DNA of 64,000 nt from a virus (taxonomy: Duplodnaviria; Caudoviricetes), in the IMG/VR virus record IMGVR_UViG_3300034161_000018, positions 160,001-224,000 of that record; one strand, given 5' to 3'. Numbering within the stretch: position 1 is the first letter of the stretch; every line of letters begins with the position of its first letter. Below the pieces are notes generated by a model, which had not been told where the DNA came from, did not search any database, and saw nothing but the letters and a program-made list of their open reading frames with translations. Position numbers and translations under genes: made by a program. This document shows, piece after piece, positions 36,931 through 46,029 of this stretch.

Positions 36931-38817
36931 ATGAAACTACGAAAACGCGGGGCTGGTGCTGCAATGCACACGGCAACTTCAACCGCCGCGCCGAAAACCC
37001 AAACCAATGCCGGTATCTTTACCGGTCGGCGTTTGGGGCCGGAACGTGACGAAATGGACGACAAAATGTCGGCGACGGCAGCGGTTGGCAATGGTATGAA
37101 AAACACCAGTGTCGCGCAGTTGCCAATCGAAATCGACATTGATCCACTGCTGAAAGATATTGTGTTCAGCGAAGACCTTGAACAGAAAAAACTGGTCATG
37201 CGTCTGTTTACCGACATTTACTACAACGACCCGACTGCCGGTTCGATTGTGGATATTAAGTCGAACCTGATGTTTTCCGAATTCAACCTCGGCGGCATTA
37301 TGGACAAAAAGGTCGCGCAGGCATTTGGCGAATCTTTGGAAAACCTAAACATCCGCAACCTGATGCCACACGCATTGGTTGACCACGATGTAAAAGGTGC
37401 ATTCGTTGGCTCGTTGCTGTACAACGAAAAGAAGAAAACGTTTGTCGATGTGATGCCACACGGTTACGAGAACTGCAAAGTTGATATGCTGCCGTTCTTC
37501 AACCAAGACCCGTTGATTACCGTCGCGTTTCCGGACGACGTGCGGGCGACAATGGGCGTGGACACTCCGCGACTGAAAGCATTGCGTGAGTATTTGGGCG
37601 CCGAAGTAATTGCACAAATCAGCAATGCCGCGCTGGAACTGGATGCGAAATCGACAATCTATTTGCCGCGTCAAGCATTCACAAACAGCACGGGCGTTTC
37701 GTATTACCGCCGCATTCTGCCGATGTATCTTTTGGAGAAAAACCTTTTCCGGGGAACGCTGGTTGAATCGGCCCGTCGCCAACGCGGTATTCTGCACCTG
37801 ACGCTTGACGGCGGCGGGGAATGGGAACCGACGGTTGCCGACTTTGAAATGATGACGCAACTTTTCCAAAATGCTGACGCCGATCCGTTGGGTGCAATCA
37901 TTGCAACCCGCTCAGGGATTAGCGCAGACGAACTTCGCCAAGGCGGCGATTTCTGGAAAGTGACCGACGTTTGGGATTCGACGCTTTCAATGAAACTGAA
38001 AGCACTCGGGATTTCCGAAGCGTTCTTGAGTGGTGACGCAACATTCTCCAACCAAGACACTTCTATGTCGTTCTTCATTGACGGCATTCGTGGTCAGCGT
38101 GATTTGTTTGTTCGCAAAATGCTGTACAACCGCATCTTCCCGTTGATTTCTGCGTTGAACGGTTTTGTAATCGGTCAAAACGGAAAGCTGACTCGACGCG
38201 GTAACATGCTGGACAAGATCGACCCGATGGGCAACATCGGCATTCTCAATGACGGTTCGCGTTTGCTGATTCCGTCTGTGCATTGGGAAAAAACTTTGAA
38301 GCCGGAAGGCGATCAGCAATACATGGATATGTTGCAAGCACTTACCGAAAAAGGTGTGCCTGTTCCAATTCGTGCAATGGCTGCCGCTGCTGGTTTCAAC
38401 ATCGAACGTCTGCTCGCCGATCAACAAGGCGACAAAGACCTGATGGAAGAATTGTCGAAGTACAACAAAGAAATCGCAGACATTAAAGCGAAGTACGGCC
38501 CTGCTGATGGTGGCGACGACGGTACTGCAATGGCTTCGGCTTTGGCAGGCGCACGCTATTTGCAAAACATTCAGAACGGTTCGCGCTCCGATGTATTGGC
38601 GCGCAATAACGGGAAAATGTTGGGCTTGGCATCGCGTGATTTCGGCGAAGACTTTGAAGTTGCTGGCATGACACACGACGGTAAACGCCGCTACCTGCAC
38701 GATCAGAAGAAAGGGCAGGAACGCGCAAACCGTAAAATCGTTAAGCAACTGCAATCTATTCGTTTGGCAAACAACACGCATTTGTCCCGAATGACCACTA
38801 CCCCGTTTAAAGGGTAA
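36931..38817 (+). CDS. probable portal protein
   Basis: 628 aa, two genes after TerL; YYNDPTAGSIVDI; assigned mainly from synteny and size. Confidence 0.6.
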   Translation: MKLRKRGAGAAMHTATSTAAPKTQTNAGIFTGRRLGPERDEMDDKMSATAAVGNGMKNTSVAQLPIEIDIDPLLKDIVFSEDLEQKKLVMRLFTDIYYNDPTAGSIVDIKSNLMFSEFNLGGIMDKKVAQAFGESLENLNIRNLMPHALVDHDVKGAFVGSLLYNEKKKTFVDVMPHGYENCKVDMLPFFNQDPLITVAFPDDVRATMGVDTPRLKALREYLGAEVIAQISNAALELDAKSTIYLPRQAFTNSTGVSYYRRILPMYLLEKNLFRGTLVESARRQRGILHLTLDGGGEWEPTVADFEMMTQLFQNADADPLGAIIATRSGISADELRQGGDFWKVTDVWDSTLSMKLKALGISEAFLSGDATFSNQDTSMSFFIDGIRGQRDLFVRKMLYNRIFPLISALNGFVIGQNGKLTRRGNMLDKIDPMGNIGILNDGSRLLIPSVHWEKTLKPEGDQQYMDMLQALTEKGVPVPIRAMAAAAGFNIERLLADQQGDKDLMEELSKYNKEIADIKAKYGPADGGDDGTAMASALAGARYLQNIQNGSRSDVLARNNGKMLGLASRDFGEDFEVAGMTHDGKRRYLHDQKKGQERANRKIVKQLQSIRLANNTHLSRMTTTPFKG

Positions 38818-38834
38818 ATGGTAAAACGGAAACG

Positions 38835-38879
38835 GCTACCCTAATTTATCCATACTGGTTGAGCTAGGGTAGCTTTTTT
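38835..38879 (+). terminator. intrinsic terminator after portal gene
   Basis: GCTACCCTA...TAGGGTAGC-TTTTTT. Confidence 0.75.
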
Positions 38880-38881
38880 CA

Positions 38882-39185
38882 TCGGTAGAGCCTTTTCTGT
38901 GGTTGTCGCCAACTTGAAGTTGGGTGACTTCAACTTGCCGAAACGAATAGATTTACCTCGTCCATAAGTCTGTTCCCGCAGACGCTCGGCTGCCCTAGCT
39001 CGGGCCAGTACCGAATTCTCTTTTTCGCCGCCTTTTGGTCGGACTACTCCTGAGAAGTTAAATCCTAAATCGCGCTGCTAACGAATGTAATGTGCTAGGA
39101 AGCGAAAGCAGTCCGTTGTCACATTGCTTTCTGAGCGGCAAAACGTAACTGGAACTTTTCGCGCGACCTGAACCTAAAAGGCGGC
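38882..39185 (+). ncRNA. candidate structured ncRNA A (multibranch domain plus 159-nt rod)
   Basis: no ATG-initiated ORF of 60 aa or more; many hand-folded stems with G-U pairs on + strand; GAAA tetraloop. Confidence 0.55.
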
Positions 39186-39236
39186 ACCTATTTCAAAACT
39201 GTAAACATGCTGCATACACTCACCGAGGAATTTCAA

Positions 39237-39611
39237 GTGGAAAGCGTCGCAATCCCCGCCAGTCAATACGAAAAGAGTTTTGTTGTCGGCCTGTTTGAAG
39301 GGCTTGCAGTAGAAGTTGTTTTCTTGAAGCACGGCGATGTGCCCGTCTACATTAACGAATCCGGTGAATCGGCTGTTGCTGAAACGGAACTGGTGCAAAT
39401 CACGCTTCCAACTTCCGAAGGTTCCGAAAAGATGGCGCAGACTCTGCGTGACGCGTTGCTGAAATTGCGTTCGCCAGATTCCAACACTGTGTTCATTCGT
39501 TCGGCAGACTTTGCGGAAATCAACAACAAGCTGTTTACGTTCGCCCAACTCTGCGTCGGCTTTGTCCACGCCAAATCTGTAACGGAAAATGAATCTGCAA
39601 CCTCGCAATAA
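39237..39611 (+). CDS. hypothetical protein
   Basis: GTG 39237 after GAGG (track start 39207 abuts the AAACTGTAAAC motif). Confidence 0.7.
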   Translation: MESVAIPASQYEKSFVVGLFEGLAVEVVFLKHGDVPVYINESGESAVAETELVQITLPTSEGSEKMAQTLRDALLKLRSPDSNTVFIRSADFAEINNKLFTFAQLCVGFVHAKSVTENESATSQ

Positions 39612-39633
39612 GTTTGACGACGCCGGTGACAAA

Positions 39634-39744
39634 ATGCTCAATGTTTTACTGAGCGCGCCGCCGTTATTTATGGAAGCGCTTTGCGCAATCATTCTGGTGG
39701 CCGGTTATTTCTTTTGGCCGGTTTCACAAATCTGTAAATACTGA
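39634..39744 (+). CDS. 36-aa hydrophobic peptide (not in ORF track)
   Basis: MLNVLLSAPPLFMEALCAIILVAGYFFWPVSQICKY; no clear RBS. Confidence 0.4.
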   Translation: MLNVLLSAPPLFMEALCAIILVAGYFFWPVSQICKY

Positions 39745-39745
39745 A

Positions 39746-40148
39746 TATGGGAAGATGCTTTCCCGAAAGAGCACTAACGGGTGCTGTCCTTCATCCGTTA
39801 TTGCGCCTGCGCTTCGGTGCCGCTCGTTGTTCCTGAGAGTTGGTTCTAGTAGTCGCCATAGGTGATCCGATTAGCGCCCAGCGTGAAGTGGTGCTATAAA
39901 AGCTAAACAACTTCCTCCGCAACCAAAGCGTTACCTTTACCTCCCTGCGTTTCTTAATGTCCTAAGAAGCGTAGTAAAAAGGACGTGACTTTCGTTTGTG
40001 CGGTAAACCCACGGGAATAGGGCCGTGTGGTCGGCTGTTACATTTTTGAAATGATCGTGCGTGATTTGGTCGATTTGCCGGGCGTAAGCGGCTCATTGAA
40101 TTCGTTTCCCCAAGCCGCGTTCGGAATCCCCACCAGCGCGGCTTTTTT
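39746..40148 (+). ncRNA. candidate structured ncRNA B (about 400 nt)
   Basis: TGTAAATA upstream, several G-U-containing stems, UUCG loop, terminator at 40112-40148. Confidence 0.55.
40112..40148 (+). terminator. intrinsic terminator
   Basis: AAGCCGCG...CGCGGCTT-TTTT. Confidence 0.65.
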
Positions 40149-41117
40149 ATGTCTGAAAAATGGAGTGTCACTATTATGGCCGGTTCTGAATCTGCTGCAA
40201 TTGAGCAACTCGACGAAAAAGAAATCTATCACAAGCAAGCGCGTGCAGGTAATCGCATCAAGCAAGTGATGGCAGCGCTGCATATGGAAATCAAAGGCTT
40301 GGATCAGCGGCGCACACAACTGGAACGCCAGTACGCGCAGCTTGAAGAAGCTTTGGAACTACAACAATTCTCGCCGCTGAATATCGGCAAGCGTGATTTG
40401 CCGGAACGCCCAAACAATCACCTCGGCCTGTGCAACGAAATTCCAATGCCCGGTGGCAGTGGTGACACGCCAATTGAATTCACTTTCAATGAAGCTGCGC
40501 GGGACGCATTCTTTGGCCCGCCGATGTTTGAAAGTGGCAAACACATTGACGACTGGCCTGCATCGACAATCGAAACTCCGGTCGAAGTAAAAGAACCTGA
40601 TTTCCTACCAGTGTTCCAGCTTGGCCCGCAAGACAAATTCTATCCACACACCATGCGCGGCGCAGATTGGAATGATGCACTGAATTTCGGTTGCAGCTTT
40701 CCGGAAGACACCGAAGGTTACTGGCGACACAATCCACAAAAGCCCGCTGCCGACGTTTACGAAAAACTTCCGTGGCCGGTTGCTCGCGACATTCCGGGTT
40801 ACAACCCGTTGGATTTCCACAAGCGTATGCGCGACGTTGAAAACCATTCAGCGACCGAGCGTAAAGTTTATCGCGGTATGACAATGCACCGCTGGCATGG
40901 TGGAACATTGGGCAATGCTGAATTCTGGCGTGGTTCATTCCGTTGGCCGGATTCGTATGGCAACTACATTTCCGAAGGCGTGCCACCGTCGCGACATTTC
41001 TTCCGTTTCATCATGACGGAACACGCGGAAATCTTCCCGAAACATCCAACGCTTTCCAATGAAGAATTCAACACCGTGTTCAATTGGTTGCCGAATATGA
41101 AACGAACGCCGGAATGA
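40149..41117 (+). CDS. hypothetical protein, N-terminal coiled coil
   Basis: 322-aa ORF; start codon uncertain. Confidence 0.75.
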   Translation: MSEKWSVTIMAGSESAAIEQLDEKEIYHKQARAGNRIKQVMAALHMEIKGLDQRRTQLERQYAQLEEALELQQFSPLNIGKRDLPERPNNHLGLCNEIPMPGGSGDTPIEFTFNEAARDAFFGPPMFESGKHIDDWPASTIETPVEVKEPDFLPVFQLGPQDKFYPHTMRGADWNDALNFGCSFPEDTEGYWRHNPQKPAADVYEKLPWPVARDIPGYNPLDFHKRMRDVENHSATERKVYRGMTMHRWHGGTLGNAEFWRGSFRWPDSYGNYISEGVPPSRHFFRFIMTEHAEIFPKHPTLSNEEFNTVFNWLPNMKRTPE

Positions 41118-41138
41118 TCCGGATTAAACTGTAAACTG

Positions 41139-41177
41139 AAACCGTGCATTCCAACATTCCGGAGTGCGCGGTTTTTT
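41139..41177 (+). terminator. intrinsic terminator
   Basis: AAACCGTGCATTCC-AACATTCC-GGAGTGCGCGGTTT-TTT. Confidence 0.8.
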
Positions 41178-41197
41178 CGTTTTTGGAGAATTTCATT

Positions 41198-41500
41198 ATG
41201 TGGGAACAAATGAGTGCGTCGCAGCAATTGCTCTACATTTGCAATGCTGCCGGAAACAAAAGCGACCGAATTGATATGGCAATGATTTGGCTGGTCGAAG
41301 AAAACATGCGCCAAGACGTGCGTGTGCGTTATACCGATTTGGTAAGCGCCGAAGCTTCGCTGGTCACGTATCGCGGTTTGTCTGACGAACAAATTCAATC
41401 GGTCGATACTTCGCAGCGCTACTATTTCAACATGCTGCACATGCCAGCCGAAGTTAAGGCCCGTTGTGCATGGCACGCGATTGAAAATGTTGATCCGTGA
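41198..41500 (+). CDS. hypothetical protein
   Basis: ATG 41198 after GGAG. Confidence 0.7.
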   Translation: MWEQMSASQQLLYICNAAGNKSDRIDMAMIWLVEENMRQDVRVRYTDLVSAEASLVTYRGLSDEQIQSVDTSQRYYFNMLHMPAEVKARCAWHAIENVDP

Positions 41501-41681
41501 GTTTCACCGCCAGATAATCAACCTGTTGCAAGAAGGGCAAATCAGTCTGGCGGCAATCTACGCCCACGAAAACCAAACCATCGAACTCGACGTTGCGCTT
41601 CTGGAGAAATTCATTCCGGAACAAACGCTTTCTGAATTCAACGAACTTGTGAGTGAGCTAAATGGCGGGGCCACCCTTTAA
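41487..41681 (+). CDS. hypothetical protein
   Basis: short ORF, ATG 41487. Confidence 0.55.
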   Translation: MLIREFHRQIINLLQEGQISLAAIYAHENQTIELDVALLEKFIPEQTLSEFNELVSELNGGATL

Positions 41682-42453
41682 CGCAACAAAACATTTGCAG
41701 CGCCAAGGTGTTGATCCGAAAATCACATACGCCGCTGTGGTCGTAAACAACAAAGACAAATCGAAACGTGGCCGTGTGCAAGCGCGTGTCATTGGTTTCA
41801 TGGACGGCATCGAAGATCAATTTCTGCCGTGGGCGATTCCGTCGAATAACTTTGGCGCCAACAAAGCGGCTGGCGTTGATCGTTCCGGATGGTTTGACGT
41901 TCCGCCCGTTGGTTCCAAAATCGGTTTGCGTTTCCCACTCGGCGATCCGCACCGCCCGATTCAAGACAATTACCCGATTGACGATTTAGTCATGATGGAA
42001 GAAGCGAAAACGAATTATCCTGACCGGAAAGTTTTACGCTTCAACAACGGGTTCTTCATTATCGTTGACACCAAAACCAACGAATTGCTTTTCAACAATC
42101 CCGGCGATATGCACATTACGATTTTGGGCGACTGTTCCCAAACCGTGATCGGTGACAGCATGCAAATCGTTTCCGGTTCCAAAGGTGACATTCCGGCGTA
42201 TCTGCTAAACGCGCCGGACACCAAGGTAAACGAAATCGCTGCGAAGAAAGCGGGCAAAGTGAAATTCAAAGGACTCGGCAAAAGCGGTGGTGGCAACCTG
42301 CACCACGAAGTCACAGGGGATTACACTTTGAAAGTCGGCGGTAATCGCAAAGTTGTGATCGGCGGAAACGATGATGTTCAAGTCGGGCGTAACCGAACTG
42401 AAAAGATTGGTGCAACCCATTCGATCAAAGCTGCACGTTCGGAGACAAACTGA
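41662..42453 (+). CDS. baseplate hub/central spike protein (T4 gp5 / VgrG OB-fold-like)
   Basis: AVVVNNKDKSKRGRVQARV, LPWA, VPPVGS; C-terminal VxG beta-helix repeats. Confidence 0.8.
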   Translation: MAGPPFNATKHLQRQGVDPKITYAAVVVNNKDKSKRGRVQARVIGFMDGIEDQFLPWAIPSNNFGANKAAGVDRSGWFDVPPVGSKIGLRFPLGDPHRPIQDNYPIDDLVMMEEAKTNYPDRKVLRFNNGFFIIVDTKTNELLFNNPGDMHITILGDCSQTVIGDSMQIVSGSKGDIPAYLLNAPDTKVNEIAAKKAGKVKFKGLGKSGGGNLHHEVTGDYTLKVGGNRKVVIGGNDDVQVGRNRTEKIGATHSIKAARSETN

Positions 42454-42635
42454 TGGCCTCAATGCCGAATACTCGTTTGTTCCTTTCGGGCGAATTGCTG
42501 GTTGGTGTTAAGCAATCCGACCCGAATCAGATTCAACTTTTGAAACGCAATCGTCCGTCGATCCTGTACCGGAAAAACACGCAATTCGCGACCGGGCGTT
42601 ATCTCAGTGAAGAACCGTCCACGTACCTACGATAG
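42453..42635 (+). CDS. small hypothetical protein
   Basis: 60-aa ORF, TGATG coupling. Confidence 0.6.
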   Translation: MASMPNTRLFLSGELLVGVKQSDPNQIQLLKRNRPSILYRKNTQFATGRYLSEEPSTYLR

Positions 42636-42656
42636 CCCGGCAAACGCTGGGCTTTT
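42634..42656 (+). terminator. intrinsic terminator
   Basis: AGCCCGGC-AAAC-GCTGGGCT-TTT. Confidence 0.75.
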
Positions 42657-42714
42657 CCGTTTGTGGCCTTAATTTACTTTTATACACCACTCATTCAACG
42701 TTGGGTATACGGAT

Positions 42715-43023
42715 ATGACAAGACTGTACGAACCAGTCGTCCTCGGAAAAGGAGTAACGATCAAATCGAAACCTTCTGATCCGATGCACGCGGTACGTGT
42801 GACGGATTTGAAGGAATATGCAAAAATGCAGAGAGTGGATTTCGTAAATGAAACCGCTATCTCTGTGCCAAGGTTGGCTGAAAATAATATCGTGCAAGTG
42901 TACGATTCCAATTCACAAGCGTTTACACCGGAACGGCTGGAGCAATTGACCGACACCATTGAAGTTGAATTCTTGGTTCCGGAAACTGGCTACATGCTAA
43001 TCTTTTCGGTAGGAGAACTTTAA
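42715..43023 (+). CDS. hypothetical protein, possibly tail-associated
   Basis: 102-aa ORF coupled to tail fibre gene. Confidence 0.65.
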   Translation: MTRLYEPVVLGKGVTIKSKPSDPMHAVRVTDLKEYAKMQRVDFVNETAISVPRLAENNIVQVYDSNSQAFTPERLEQLTDTIEVEFLVPETGYMLIFSVGEL

Positions 43024-43820
43024 TGGCGATTACGGTCGGCAGTCCTCTCAAAAAGGCGAGCGCATCTGTTGCGTACACTGTCGATGACCAAGAATTAAAA
43101 GGTGGTTTTCGTTGCGTTGCTTCCATTACGGAACGAAATGCAATTCCTATTGGTGGTCGTCGTCCCGGTATGATTGTTCGGGTTGTCGATGTTGATGCGG
43201 TTACAGACTGGACTTTGCCAATTAGCAGTTTGGCAAACAGCGCGTGGGTTGAACAACCGAAAGGTGGTGGCGGTGGCGGGGATGGTTACGTTCCTACTGC
43301 GGGCGGCGACATGACCGGCAAATTCAAACTCTCGAATACCGGCAGCATTGATTTCAACGGAAAGGCAAAACTCACTCTCAATTCCGAAAACGTGCTCTAC
43401 ACTTCGACCAGTCCGTCGAACGGTTTAGCGTTCAGTAACGGAACAGAAAACACAATCGAGTTCGACATTCAGACCGGCCAGATTACAGCGAAGACTGAAA
43501 TTGCGCTGTCGTCGGATAAACGATTGAAGAAGAAAGTCAAAACGATTGCCAACAGCTTGGATATTACCGAGCAACTGCGCGGTGTGTTCTTCACATGGAA
43601 GGCAACCGATGCAGATTCAATGGGCGTTATCGCGCAAGAATTGGAAAAGGTACTGCCGTTCCTCGTAACGAAAGGCAGTGACGGAAAGCTGGCCGTGTTG
43701 TACACCGCACTCGCCGGATTGTTTATTCAGAATATCAAAGAGTTGATTGAGCGCGACAAACTGAACGCTCAAACTATCGCTGAACTCCAAACTCAAATCA
43801 AAGAGTTGATGAATAAATGA
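43023..43820 (+). CDS. short tail fibre with C-terminal intramolecular chaperone (peptidase S74)
   Basis: SSDKRLKK...QLRGVFFTWK...GVIAQELEKVLP. Confidence 0.85.
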   Translation: MAITVGSPLKKASASVAYTVDDQELKGGFRCVASITERNAIPIGGRRPGMIVRVVDVDAVTDWTLPISSLANSAWVEQPKGGGGGGDGYVPTAGGDMTGKFKLSNTGSIDFNGKAKLTLNSENVLYTSTSPSNGLAFSNGTENTIEFDIQTGQITAKTEIALSSDKRLKKKVKTIANSLDITEQLRGVFFTWKATDADSMGVIAQELEKVLPFLVTKGSDGKLAVLYTALAGLFIQNIKELIERDKLNAQTIAELQTQIKELMNK

Positions 43821-44329
43821 ATGTCGTGTTTCTCGATATTGATGGCCCGATCCAAAATATGCGTTCCGCGTTTGCGGGTTTCGAGTATGATCCGGCCACC
43901 GTTGTAATCGTCAATGAATTTCTCCAGCACGAAAACGTCCGCGTTGTATTGGCTTCCACTGTTCGCATTCTTTGTAAGGATGCAGTCGGCGCCGAATCGC
44001 ATTTGCGTAAACGCTACGCCCTGCAAGGTTTCCAATTCCACGAACACTGGCGCACCGGAGAAAACTACGGTGGCGGTGAAGGCAATCGCGAACGTGAAAT
44101 CCGCGAATGGTTGGAATTGCATGAAAGCCCGGATGATGTTTATTTTTCCATTGACGACGACCCTGTAAATATCGAGAACGTGACACAATTCAAAGCCGAC
44201 TATAACGGCCTTCCTTATATTGAATTGCTGCGCATGCGTGGCGTTCATCATCCAAGTTCGGCGCACGCCGCTGTGACTTGGGCAGAATGGGAAGCGAAAA
44301 GAAATGTTCAGGATCGCAACCGAAGCTGA
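43817..44329 (+). CDS. HAD-superfamily phosphatase-like protein
   Basis: VVFLDIDGP, LASTVR, SIDDD. Confidence 0.8.
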   Translation: MNVVFLDIDGPIQNMRSAFAGFEYDPATVVIVNEFLQHENVRVVLASTVRILCKDAVGAESHLRKRYALQGFQFHEHWRTGENYGGGEGNREREIREWLELHESPDDVYFSIDDDPVNIENVTQFKADYNGLPYIELLRMRGVHHPSSAHAAVTWAEWEAKRNVQDRNRS

Positions 44330-44330
44330 C

Positions 44331-44741
44331 ATGACCGCGCCATTTCGTTACGAACTCCCCACACCAAAGATTGTGGAAGTAGCGAAAGGCGCGGTTTCTG
44401 TGCTTTCAAACCTGACGAAAGCTCTCGAAGACGACGTTAAATGGTTTGGAAATTTACAACGCAATGAGCCAGCATTGAGTCACCGGTTTATTCTGTTGGT
44501 TCACGAAAGCGAAATGGACTCGGCAGAAATCAGTCTGGTCGATGCGCTCAAACCGCTTGTGTGGATTGCCAAAATCGAAACAGGCATTCCGTACACCGCT
44601 GATTATAGCCTATACATTTCCGACATTGCGGCGCTGGGTTTGAATCCCGATCTGGTGAGCGAGTCGGACTATATCAACTCCCAAGTCCGCTACGCAAAGA
44701 AAGTGGTTTACATAAGAGGGAATTTTCATGGCGCTGTATAA
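44331..44741 (+). CDS. hypothetical protein
   Basis: ORF, ATG 44331. Confidence 0.65.
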   Translation: MTAPFRYELPTPKIVEVAKGAVSVLSNLTKALEDDVKWFGNLQRNEPALSHRFILLVHESEMDSAEISLVDALKPLVWIAKIETGIPYTADYSLYISDIAALGLNPDLVSESDYINSQVRYAKKVVYIRGNFHGAV

Positions 44742-46029
44742 ATTCAAAGGGGATAAAATTTCCTTCGAGGACGCTAACCCGACGTATGCACTCGACCTTA
44801 TCGTCGGTGACGAATTCATTTTGAACAAACACGGCAAAGGTTATCAGGTGTTCTTCGCGGCAGACACTTCGATCCCATTTGTAATCACGCCGAAAGAAGC
44901 GCGCCTTCTGCTGAAAGAAAGTACGGAATCATTAAACATCGTACCGAATCCGGCAAACCCTCCGTATCTGGATTACTCGCCGAAGTTTGCGATTGTTCCA
45001 AAGTTTTATGAATACTACAACGACCTGCTGTTCAACGGCGGTTGCCCTGTAGTGAAGTTTGAGAAAACTCGCGACAACAGTATTCTCGGTTTGGCCGTGC
45101 TGGAATGGCACAAAGGCAAACCGGTTTACACAATGAAGATCAACGAAAAGTCGATGGCGGACATTAAACTGTTCACCAACACTGTCGTGCATGAAATGAT
45201 TCACCTTTTCCTTTACGCGAAAGGGATCAAGCTCAACGACAAGTCGATCATCTTCGATTCGCACGGGCCAAACTTCCTTGCGGAAATGGCGCGTATCAAC
45301 GGGCGCGGTTTCAATATCGACGTTGTTGCATCTGGTGAAGCGTACAGCCACGAAGCGAGCGAAACGCTTTTCGGTATTGTTGTCGAACCTGCAAACCGCT
45401 CGTTCGGCATTCAGTGTTATTTCGCCCGCACCAGCATGGCCGATCAATTCGATTCTTTCGTCGATGCCTATTCGCTGGCGCATCCGAATGATTCGGGAAC
45501 GGAAATCTATTTGCTGAAAGGCACTGACCTACGCATGGCTGCGTATACCGCGTGGCCTGCGTCCGGCAAGATTCCGCCGCGAAATCTTTCCAAATGGTTT
45601 GGCGTTCCGGACGGCGGCATGTTTAAAGGCATGCGTCTCAAAGAAACCAAAACCGTGGGCGGCGGCGTAAACATTCCAACATTCAAGGATGTTCCGGAAA
45701 CCTACGCGTTGGGCTTTGCGCGCTTCCAACAGGCAATGCGCAAATACGGGGCTTCTGATACATTCCTGCGTGCGAAGTGGAACGAGTTTCCATTGCGCAA
45801 CCTAAACAAAATCATGGAAGCGGATTTGAAATCGACGATTGGCCGCGTGGCCCGGAATTCGATTACGCTTCCCGACCTGACCAACAAGTTGCAAGACATT
45901 GTTGATGCTTACGCCGGGCGTGTGCCAGAAGATCAATACAAAAAGATCATGCTGAAAATGCTCGCCGACAATGATCCGAAAAACGTGATGGCCGATGAAT
46001 ACGTGACGTTGAAGTTGACACGACGATGA
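44728..46029 (+). CDS. SprT-like zinc metalloprotease domain protein
   Basis: TVVHEMIH (HExxH)...HGPNF. Confidence 0.8.
   Translation: MALYKFKGDKISFEDANPTYALDLIVGDEFILNKHGKGYQVFFAADTSIPFVITPKEARLLLKESTESLNIVPNPANPPYLDYSPKFAIVPKFYEYYNDLLFNGGCPVVKFEKTRDNSILGLAVLEWHKGKPVYTMKINEKSMADIKLFTNTVVHEMIHLFLYAKGIKLNDKSIIFDSHGPNFLAEMARINGRGFNIDVVASGEAYSHEASETLFGIVVEPANRSFGIQCYFARTSMADQFDSFVDAYSLAHPNDSGTEIYLLKGTDLRMAAYTAWPASGKIPPRNLSKWFGVPDGGMFKGMRLKETKTVGGGVNIPTFKDVPETYALGFARFQQAMRKYGASDTFLRAKWNEFPLRNLNKIMEADLKSTIGRVARNSITLPDLTNKLQDIVDAYAGRVPEDQYKKIMLKMLADNDPKNVMADEYVTLKLTRR

Noticed and set aside
38838-39077. About 80-codon stop-free frame on the minus strand across candidate ncRNA A
   Set aside because: No usable start or RBS near its 5' end; such a length can arise by chance; G-U pairing favours a + strand RNA. 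Ribo-seq would settle it
40116-40135. GTTCGGAATCCCCACCA resembling a tRNA/tmRNA T-loop and CCA end
   Set aside because: Only 4 nt between loop and CCA (12 needed), no T-stem or matching acceptor 5' strand; it lies in a terminator loop
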